Of a DNA stretch of 14,143 bases, positions 7,799 through 14,143 are shown one piece after another. Where the stretch lies: positions 27,662-41,804 of the forward strand of contig JBHEMM010000013.1 of NCBI GenBank assembly GCA_046262595.1, in the 5' to 3' direction. The DNA comes from Vulcanimicrobiaceae bacterium. Lineage in GTDB: Bacteria; Vulcanimicrobiota; Vulcanimicrobiia; Vulcanimicrobiales; Vulcanimicrobiaceae. Position numbers and translations under genes: made by a program. The notes beneath the pieces are model-generated. The model did not search any database. It had not been told where the DNA came from and was given only the letters and a program-made list of their open reading frames with translations. Each line of letters opens with the position of its first letter. Position 1 is the stretch's first letter.

Positions 7799-8182
7799 CT
7801 AGCGATCGTCAAACGCTTTTTGCGCAGCGTACACTTCGGCGATATGATCGTTTGCCCAGCGCGCCAGCTCGCCGATCGGCCCGCAGAGCGTGCGGCCCAG
7901 CGGCGTAAGCGCATACTCGACGCGCGGCGGCACCTGGGGAAAAATCGTGCGCTGCACGAGCCCGTCTCGCTCAAGGTCGCGCAGCGTTTGGGTAAGCATC
8001 TTTTGCGAGATTCCGACGATCGCGCGTTTGAGTTCATTGAACCGCATCACCCGCGCCTGAGCGAGCAGGCCGACGATCAGCACCGTCCACTTGTCGGCCA
8101 CGCGGCCGAGCACCGTACGCATCGGACATGCGCCCAAGTACATCTCTGCGTCGGTGGGGATCGGGAGCGCGACGGTTTCCAC
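7799..8182 (-). CDS. HxlR/YodB-family winged-helix transcriptional regulator
   Basis: 'ACPMRTVLGRVADKWTVLIV', 'RFNELKRAIVGISQKMLTQTLRDLERDGLVQR', 'VPPRVEYALTPLG'. Likely start GTG at 8182 preceded by AAGGAGCTGAGG on the minus strand (ORF track extends to 8263). Confidence 0.93.
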   Translation of the reverse strand: METVALPIPTDAEMYLGACPMRTVLGRVADKWTVLIVGLLAQARVMRFNELKRAIVGISQKMLTQTLRDLERDGLVQRTIFPQVPPRVEYALTPLGRTLCGPIGELARWANDHIAEVYAAQKAFDDR

Positions 8183-8238
8183 GGAGTGCCTCAGCTCCTT
8201 TCGCGTGCGTGCTTGTGAATCATTGCCTAGTATGAAAT

Positions 8239-8264
8239 AGTTACTTACATAACGGTAGCACACT
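8239..8264. promoter_or_regulatory. Candidate operator for the HxlR-family regulator in the divergent promoter region
   Basis: AT-rich island containing the imperfect palindrome AGT-N4-TAC-N6-GTA-N4-ACT (agttacttacataacggtagcacact) between the divergent regulator and yceI. Confidence 0.5.
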
Positions 8265-8297
8265 TGCCGCCGGCCAGCAACCGCTCAAGGAGATCCT

Positions 8298-8846
8298 ATG
8301 GAAACCCAAACCGCGCTAAAAACGGTCTACGCCATCGACCCGAGTCACTCAATGGTCGAGTTCAGCGTCCGGCACCTGATGATCAGCAAAGTCAGGGGGC
8401 GTTTCACGGCGTTTCAGGGCAGCATCGCCGTCCCGGCCGGCAGCGACGTCCCGAGCGAGCTCGAGGTCACCATCGAGGCAAAATCGATCGACACGCACGA
8501 AGCGCAGCGCGACACGCACTTGCGTTCCGCCGACTTTTTCCATGCCGAGCAATTCCCGAGCCTCACGTTCAAAAGTACGGGCATCAAGCGCACAAGCGGC
8601 GGCTCGTTCGAAGTCACCGGTAACCTCACCATGCACGGCGTGAAGAAGTCCGTCACGTTCGATGCGGAATTTGAAGGACGCGGTAACGACCCATGGGGCA
8701 ATCAGCGCGTCGCATACAGCGCGCACACGAAGCTCGATCGCAAAGATTTCCGCTTGAACTGGAATGCCGCACTCGAAGCGGGCGGCGTGATGGTCAGCGA
8801 TGAGGTGAAGATCGAACTGAACGTCGAGGCGAGCGCAGCGAAGTAA
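8298..8846 (+). CDS. yceI: YceI-family polyisoprenoid/quinone-binding protein (no signal peptide)
   Basis: 'IDPSHSMVEFSVRHLMISKVRGRF', 'SIDT...RDTHLRSADFF', 'GNLTMHGVKK', 'DPWG', 'DRKDF.LNWN...GGVMVSDEVKI'; AAGGAG at 8287-8292. Confidence 0.95.
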   Translation: METQTALKTVYAIDPSHSMVEFSVRHLMISKVRGRFTAFQGSIAVPAGSDVPSELEVTIEAKSIDTHEAQRDTHLRSADFFHAEQFPSLTFKSTGIKRTSGGSFEVTGNLTMHGVKKSVTFDAEFEGRGNDPWGNQRVAYSAHTKLDRKDFRLNWNAALEAGGVMVSDEVKIELNVEASAAK

Positions 8847-8850
8847 ACGC

Positions 8851-9636
8851 ATGAGCGGCACCGCACAACCGGCAATCTTTTTCGGGCACGGCAATCCGAT
8901 GAATGCCATCGCGGCGAACCCGTATGCGCCGCGCTGGAACGCGATCGGCGCCGCGCTCGAAAAACCGAAAGCGGTGCTCGCGATTTCCGCGCATTGGTAC
9001 GTCGAACAGAGCGCGGTGACGGCCGTTGCCGCGCCGCGCACGATCCACGACTTTGGCGGTTTTCCCCGCGAGCTGTTCGACGTGCGTTATCCCGCGCCCG
9101 GCGAACCGCAGCTCGCGCGCCGCGTGCGCGAATTGCTCGCGCCGGCCGCATCAATTGCGTTGGACGAGCAATGGGGCCTGGATCATGGCACGTGGTCGGT
9201 GCTCATGCACGTCTTTCCGCGTGCCGACGTGCCGGTTGTGCAATTGAGCATCGATGAAACGCAGCCGCCGCGCTATCACTACGAACTGGGCAGACGTTTG
9301 GCGCCGCTGCGTGAGGAAGGCGTTCTTCTTGTGGGCAGCGGCAACGTCGTGCACAACTTGCACGCCTTCGCCTGGGGGCGCCATTCCGTCGAGCCTTTCG
9401 ATTGGGCGCAGCGCTTCGAACAGCGCTTGCGCGAACGAATCTTAGCCGGCGACCACGATCCGCTGGTCGATTACGAATCGCTGGGGCGCGATGCCGTGCT
9501 TTCGGCGCCCACTCCCGACCATTATCTGCCGCTGCTCTACGTCATTGGCGCGCGCCTGGCGAACGACACGGCGAGCTTTCCCGTGCAGGGTGTGGACGGC
9601 GGATCGATTTCGATGCTCGCCGTCGACCTGCGGTAG
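8851..9636 (+). CDS. ygiD: 4,5-DOPA extradiol dioxygenase (YgiD/LigB family)
   Basis: 'PAIFFGHGNPMNA', 'ISAHW', 'TIHDFGGFP', 'WGLDHGTW', 'PVVQLS', 'GSGNVVHNL', 'PTPDHYLPLLY'. Confidence 0.95.
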   Translation: MSGTAQPAIFFGHGNPMNAIAANPYAPRWNAIGAALEKPKAVLAISAHWYVEQSAVTAVAAPRTIHDFGGFPRELFDVRYPAPGEPQLARRVRELLAPAASIALDEQWGLDHGTWSVLMHVFPRADVPVVQLSIDETQPPRYHYELGRRLAPLREEGVLLVGSGNVVHNLHAFAWGRHSVEPFDWAQRFEQRLRERILAGDHDPLVDYESLGRDAVLSAPTPDHYLPLLYVIGARLANDTASFPVQGVDGGSISMLAVDLR

Positions 9637-9642
9637 TTCCCC

Positions 9643-9789
9643 CTATGCCTCGCCGCGGATCGCGCGGACCATTTCGCCGCGTTCAACGGAGGCGAGCTGC
9701 ATCTCGCGGTCTTGTTCGCACGCCGAGCAAAGGGAACCGGCGCGCACTTGGCGGCCGCAATCGGGGCAATGCGATTCGAGTTGCATCAT
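9643..9789 (-). CDS. Small (48 aa) four-cysteine zinc-ribbon-like protein
   Basis: MMQLESHCPDCGRQVRAGSLCSACEQDREMQLASVERGEMVRAIRGEA; CxxC-x9-CxxC; AAAGGAG 9 nt upstream of ATG 9789 on the minus strand; fills the gap between ygiD and aroC without overlap. Confidence 0.7.
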   Translation of the reverse strand: MMQLESHCPDCGRQVRAGSLCSACEQDREMQLASVERGEMVRAIRGEA

Positions 9790-9877
9790 AGATGCTCGCT
9801 CCTTTCGGTAAACGGAGCCTCCTTTATACCCGGTTTGCGACCAGGGTATCCGCCGCCGGGCGCTTGAAGCGTAGGTG

Positions 9878-11023
9878 GTGTTCCGATATCTGACCGCAGG
9901 CGAATCGCACGGCCCGGCACTGGCCGGCATCCTAGATGGCATTCCGGCGAGGCTTCGCTTGGACGTCGGACAGATCAACATTGAATTGAGCAAACGCCAA
10001 GGCGGTTACGGCCGCGGCGCACGGATGCAAATCGAGAAGGATGCAATCGAGTTCCTCGCCGGCGTCCGCGGCAGCGAAACGCTCGGTTCACCCATCGCCG
10101 TCGCGATTCGCAACCGCGATTTTGAAAACGTGCGCGCGCTCATGGACCCGGTCAGCGGAAGCGGCAAGCCGCTGACCAATCCGCGGCCCGGCCACGCCGA
10201 TTATGCAGGTGCGCTCAAATACCGGCAGCGTGACCTGCGCAACGTGCTCGAACGCGCGAGCGCGCGCGAAACGGCAATGCGCGTCGCGCTCGGGGCGATT
10301 TGCGCGCAATTCTTGCAGGCGCTGGGCATCCGGACGCAATCGTACGTGCATCGGATCGGATCGGTCGAAGCGCCGGTGCTCGACACCATCGATGCGCAGG
10401 CCGTCGAAGAAAGCGACGTGCGCTGCCCCGACACGCACGCATCGTCGGCGATGATCGGCGCAATCGACGAAGCAAAGGCCGCCGGCGACACGCTCGGCGG
10501 TCAGTACGTCATCGTGGTCGATGGCGTACCGGCGGGCGTCGGGAGCAACCGCCAACCCGACACGCGGCTCGACGGCGTGCTGGCCGGCGCGATCATGGCG
10601 ATGCAGACCGTCAAAGCCGTCGAAGTTGGCCTAGGCGCGGACGCGGCTTCGCGTCCGGGCTCCGCGGCGCACGACGAGTTTGCAATGAGCGGCGGCGCGG
10701 TCGTGCGCACCACCAACCGCGCGGGCGGTATCGAAGGCGGCATGAGCAACGGCCAGCGCATCACCTTACGGGTGAGCGTCAAGCCGATCCCAACGTTGAT
10801 GAAAGCGTTGCCCTCGGTGAATCTGCACGAGAAAACGGGCGCGCCCGCATCGATCGTCCGCAGCGACGTGTGCGTGGTTCCGGCCGCCGCCGTCGTGGGA
10901 GAAGCGATGGTGCGGCTCGCGTTGATGGCGCCGGTCTTGGAAAAATACGGCGGCGACTCGATGGAGGAAACGCTCGACAATCTGCAGCGCAGCACCGGCG
11001 CCGCGCGCGAGCTGTTCCGCTGA
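9878..11023 (+). CDS. aroC: Chorismate synthase
   Basis: 'FRYLTAGESHG', 'RQGGYGRGARM', 'PRPGHAD', 'ERASARETA', 'NRAGGIEGGMSNG', 'KPIPTL', 'RSDVC'. Start is GTG 9878 or 9875. Confidence 0.98.
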   Translation: MFRYLTAGESHGPALAGILDGIPARLRLDVGQINIELSKRQGGYGRGARMQIEKDAIEFLAGVRGSETLGSPIAVAIRNRDFENVRALMDPVSGSGKPLTNPRPGHADYAGALKYRQRDLRNVLERASARETAMRVALGAICAQFLQALGIRTQSYVHRIGSVEAPVLDTIDAQAVEESDVRCPDTHASSAMIGAIDEAKAAGDTLGGQYVIVVDGVPAGVGSNRQPDTRLDGVLAGAIMAMQTVKAVEVGLGADAASRPGSAAHDEFAMSGGAVVRTTNRAGGIEGGMSNGQRITLRVSVKPIPTLMKALPSVNLHEKTGAPASIVRSDVCVVPAAAVVGEAMVRLALMAPVLEKYGGDSMEETLDNLQRSTGAARELFR

Positions 11024-11547
11024 TGCGCCGCCATATCGCCCTCACGGGCTTCATGGCTGCCGGCAAGTCGACGATTGGAAAGAAGTTGGCGCGCACGCTC
11101 GCCTGCGCCTTTTACGACGTCGACGACCTGATCGTCGAATCGCACGGTGCGATAGCCGACATTTTTTACGCGCAGGGCGAACAGCAGTTCCGCGCTTACG
11201 AGTACGACGCGATCGAGCACGTGATCGAAACGGGAGAGCCCGGAATCATGGCGCTCGGCGGCGGCGCAGTGACGTACGAGAAGACGCTCAAGCTGCTCAA
11301 GAAACGCACCTATCGCGTCTTCATCAAAGTGCCGCCCGAACAGATTTTGGGGCGTTTGCGCCGCAGTAAACGCGTTCGGCCGCTCGTTGGCCCGGCGCCG
11401 TCGCTCTCGAAGATCAAGGAACTGTACGCGCATCGCATGCCGGCCTATTCTCACGCCGATCTCGTCGTCGAAGCCGACAACATGACGACGCCGCACATCG
11501 TCGAGCGGATCGTCGAGTGGCTGCACCACAAACACATCAAACTGTGA
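11023..11547 (+). CDS. aroK: Shikimate kinase
   Basis: ATG 11023 (TGATG overlap); Walker A 'GFMAAGKSTIG', 'D.D..I', 'GEQQFRAYE', 'ALGGGAV', 'RPL'. Confidence 0.96.
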   Translation: MRRHIALTGFMAAGKSTIGKKLARTLACAFYDVDDLIVESHGAIADIFYAQGEQQFRAYEYDAIEHVIETGEPGIMALGGGAVTYEKTLKLLKKRTYRVFIKVPPEQILGRLRRSKRVRPLVGPAPSLSKIKELYAHRMPAYSHADLVVEADNMTTPHIVERIVEWLHHKHIKL

Positions 11548-12596
11548 GCGCCGCGCAGATCACGGTCGAAGGTTCGGTGCGCGAGCCGCTGCACGCGTTC
11601 TTGCGCGAACGCGCCGGCCCGTGCGTCTTTCTCTGCGATGCCGCAGTTGCGGAAAAGACACGGTCACTTGCCCGGGGCTTTCCGTCGAGTTTGGGTGTGC
11701 ACGCTTTTGGGCTCGGCGAACGGCGCAAAACGCTGGCAACCGTCGAGGATGTGCTGCAAAGCTTGCTGCGCGCGGGCGCTGACCGGCACACCACGGTCGT
11801 CGGCGCCGGCGGCGGCGTCGCGAGCGACGTGTTCGGCTTTGCCGCGGCCATCTATATGCGAGGCGTTCCCTATGTGCACGTGGCGACCACGCTCGTCGCG
11901 ATGGTCGATGCGGCGATCGGCGCAAAGACCGGCGTCGACTTGCCCGGCGGAAAGAACCTTGCCGGAACCTTCCGCGATCCGCAAGCCGTCTTTGCGTGGG
12001 TAGACGCGCTGCGCACGCTGCCGTACCGCCATCTGCGGGAAGGACTTGCCGAGGTCGTCAAGCACGCCATCATTGAAGGCGACGAACTGTTCGATTCGCT
12101 GGAAACGCTCTGCCCGCATCCGTTTTGGCGCTGGCCGTGGGAAACGCTCGTCGCGCGTGCGCAGCAGGTCAAGATCGCCATCGTGAACGACGATCGCACC
12201 GAGCAAGGCATGCGCGAGACGTTGAATCTGGGGCATACCTTCGGTCACGGGATTGAGACGGCGTCGCGCTACCGCGTTTCGCATGGGGCGGGCGTTTCCG
12301 TCGGCTTACGAGCCGCAGGGTTGCTGGCGCTTCGCACGGGCCGTTTCTCGCGCGAGGAGCATCTGCGCATCCTGACGCTGCTGGCGCTGCTTCGCATGCC
12401 GGCTGTCACCTCCGTACCGCCGGACGCCGTCTGGAACGCGATGCAGTCCGACAAAAAGAAGCGCGACGGACGCTTGCGCTTCGTCCTGCCGCGCTCCATC
12501 GGCGACGTTGAATACGGCGTGCACGTGGCGGACCGCACGGTGCAAGCCGTCCTCAAGGATCTGCAGACGGTACCGGGAGGCCGCGAATTCCGCTAG
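11544..12596 (+). CDS. aroB: 3-dehydroquinate synthase
   Basis: GTG 11544 (GTGA overlap); 'GERRKTL', 'GGGVASDVFGFAAAIYMRG', 'TTLVAMVDAAIGAKTG', 'GLAEVVKH', 'LNLGHTFGHGIE', 'HG..VSVG', 'DKK'. Confidence 0.96.
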   Translation: MSAAQITVEGSVREPLHAFLRERAGPCVFLCDAAVAEKTRSLARGFPSSLGVHAFGLGERRKTLATVEDVLQSLLRAGADRHTTVVGAGGGVASDVFGFAAAIYMRGVPYVHVATTLVAMVDAAIGAKTGVDLPGGKNLAGTFRDPQAVFAWVDALRTLPYRHLREGLAEVVKHAIIEGDELFDSLETLCPHPFWRWPWETLVARAQQVKIAIVNDDRTEQGMRETLNLGHTFGHGIETASRYRVSHGAGVSVGLRAAGLLALRTGRFSREEHLRILTLLALLRMPAVTSVPPDAVWNAMQSDKKKRDGRLRFVLPRSIGDVEYGVHVADRTVQAVLKDLQTVPGGREFR

Positions 12597-14143
12597 TCCG
12601 CTGCGTCGATGTCGTCGCTGCCATCCGCTCCTCGCGATTCGACATGCCGCTCAGCTACGACGCCGGCGACTTGACGCTGGAGATCGGCGATGTCGTGCGC
12701 GTGCCGCTCGGCCCGCGCGAACAGCTGGCGTTCGTGGTTTCGGATCCGAAGCCGCCGGCATCCGAGCGCGCGTTGCGGCGCATCATCGAACGCGCCGGAG
12801 TTCCCCGCGCGTTCGATGAAACGGGGCTTGCGCTGGCGCGGTTTCTGGCGGACCAGTATCTGTGCACGCTCGGCGAGGCGCTGACCGCCGTCGTGTTGAG
12901 CGCAGCGGTCCCGCGCGCGATCGATACCTTCGTGCCTTCCGCCAACGAACCGGACCGCTCGCGGTATCCCTCCGTGCCGGGCCGTTTCCTTGCGCTGCTG
13001 TGGGGCGATCTGCGCGAGGGATTCGCTTTGGAGCGGCTGCTGCGGCATCCCGAAGCGCGGCGCGCCGGCGATCGTTCCGCGCTGCTGCGCTACGTCAACG
13101 CGCTGGTGCGCAATGGAGACCTGCGGCGCGAGCGGCGCTTCATCGATCCGCGCACGAACGAATACCGGATTCGCGTGCTGCATTTGGGCGATGCGCCGCT
13201 GCGCGGGCCGAAAGCGGCGTCGTTGCTGCAATTCGTGCGCGAGCAGCCGGGCGTTCCCCGCGCCGATGCGTTGCTCGCCGGCTTTTCAAACGCGGTCGTC
13301 GCACGCGCCGTTAAAGCGCGCGCGCTGCGTGAAGAAGAAGTGGCTCCTGCGCGCCTCAGGCGCAAAACACTCGAGCCGCCCACGTTCGAACCCACGCCGG
13401 AACAACGGGAAGCGATCGCGGCGTTGCTTGAGCGCATCGATGCGCGGGCGTTCAATGAAACGCTGCTCCATGGAATTACCGGGAGCGGTAAGACGTTCGT
13501 TTACATTCAAGCAATAGCGCACGTGCTGCGCTCGGGCGGGCGCGCCATCGTTCTCGTTCCGGAGATCTCGCTGACGCCGCAAACCGCGCGCCGTTTCGAA
13601 CAAGCCTTCGGGGAGCGCGTTGCGGTGCTGCACTCGGCGTTGTCGGAGCGCGAGCGGTTTGACGCGTGGCGGGCATGCGCGCAGGGAGAGATCGACGTCG
13701 TCGTCGGCGCCCGCAGCGCCGTGTTCGCGCCGTTGCCCGGAGTGCGGCTGCTGATCGTCGATGAAGCGCACGAATCGTCGTACCGGCAAGACAGCTCGCC
13801 GCGCTACCATGCGGTGGCGATCGGGCGCGAACGGATGCGCTTGGCTGAGGGTGTGCTCCTTTTGGGAAGCGCGACGCCGGCGCTCGAGACTTATGCGCGC
13901 GCGCGCCAGGAACGTATCGGTTTGCTGCGTTTGCGCACGCGCGCAACGCAGCAGCCGCTGCCGGCGGTCCGCGTGATCGACATGGCGAAGGAATTCGAAG
14001 CGGGCAACCGGCGCATCTTCAGCAGCGCTCTCGCGCAGGCACTGGACGATCGGCTCGGCCGCGGTGAGAAGGCAGTGCTTTTCCTAAACCGCCGCGGCAG
14101 CGCCGGTTTTCTGTTATGCCGGGCATGCGGCGACGTTCCGGAG
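12587..14143 (+). CDS. priA: Primosomal protein N' (replication-restart helicase), 3' truncated by window end; start codon uncertain
   Basis: Missing from the ORF track (no stop in window). Frame reads 'VDVVAAIRSSRFDMPLSY...IGDVVRVPLGPR', Walker A 'LLHGITGSGKTFVY', 'LVPEISLTPQ', 'VVGARSAVFAP', 'VDEAHESSYRQ', 'LGSATP', 'LFLNRRG', and the first zinc knuckle 'CRACG'. First in-frame ATG is 12644; candidate ATT start at 12587. Confidence 0.95.
   Translation, partial: MPLVRCVDVVAAIRSSRFDMPLSYDAGDLTLEIGDVVRVPLGPREQLAFVVSDPKPPASERALRRIIERAGVPRAFDETGLALARFLADQYLCTLGEALTAVVLSAAVPRAIDTFVPSANEPDRSRYPSVPGRFLALLWGDLREGFALERLLRHPEARRAGDRSALLRYVNALVRNGDLRRERRFIDPRTNEYRIRVLHLGDAPLRGPKAASLLQFVREQPGVPRADALLAGFSNAVVARAVKARALREEEVAPARLRRKTLEPPTFEPTPEQREAIAALLERIDARAFNETLLHGITGSGKTFVYIQAIAHVLRSGGRAIVLVPEISLTPQTARRFEQAFGERVAVLHSALSERERFDAWRACAQGEIDVVVGARSAVFAPLPGVRLLIVDEAHESSYRQDSSPRYHAVAIGRERMRLAEGVLLLGSATPALETYARARQERIGLLRLRTRATQQPLPAVRVIDMAKEFEAGNRRIFSSALAQALDDRLGRGEKAVLFLNRRGSAGFLLCRACGDVPE

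Noticed and set aside
7622..8218. 198-aa plus-strand ORF
   Set aside because: Antisense to the well-supported HxlR-family gene, with no motif or RBS.
10300..11022. Arg-rich extension ahead of shikimate kinase in the 415-aa ORF
   Set aside because: Off-frame read of aroC; aroK begins at 11023.
10501..13946. Multiple long antisense and alternative-frame ORFs over aroC, aroK, aroB and priA
   Set aside because: Expected stop-codon scarcity in high-GC coding DNA; no recognisable motifs.
1..14143. CRISPR arrays, tRNA/rRNA, IS elements, defence systems
   Set aside because: No regularly spaced repeats, RNA-gene signatures, transposase/integrase or nuclease motifs seen by eye.

Overview
GC-rich bacterial chromosomal segment with three blocks. 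(1) 1-5928: a tightly coupled type IV pilus/competence-type operon in which every gene junction overlaps: 3' end of a pilin-like gene, a CcdA/DsbD-type membrane thiol-redox protein, a membrane-anchored TPR protein, an A24 prepilin peptidase, then pilM-pilN-pilO-pilP-like-pilQ (secretin). (2) About 5930-9870: an accessory block with a membrane sensor-PP2C(SpoIIE)-HATPase fusion whose N-terminal three-helix domain resembles the ethylene-receptor (ETR1-type) copper-binding domain, an HxlR/YodB-type regulator divergent from yceI and a YgiD-type extradiol dioxygenase, and a 48-aa four-cysteine protein with a structured upstream region. (3) 9878-end: aroC-aroK-aroB-priA (priA truncated by the window end and lacking a canonical start codon at the expected position; a candidate ATT start follows a strong Shine-Dalgarno). 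The secretin implies a diderm; the overall style suggests Candidatus Eremiobacterota/Vulcanimicrobiota, but that is an unverified impression. No rRNA, tRNA, CRISPR array or mobile element was recognised. All family calls are from motif recognition by eye, not from database searches.
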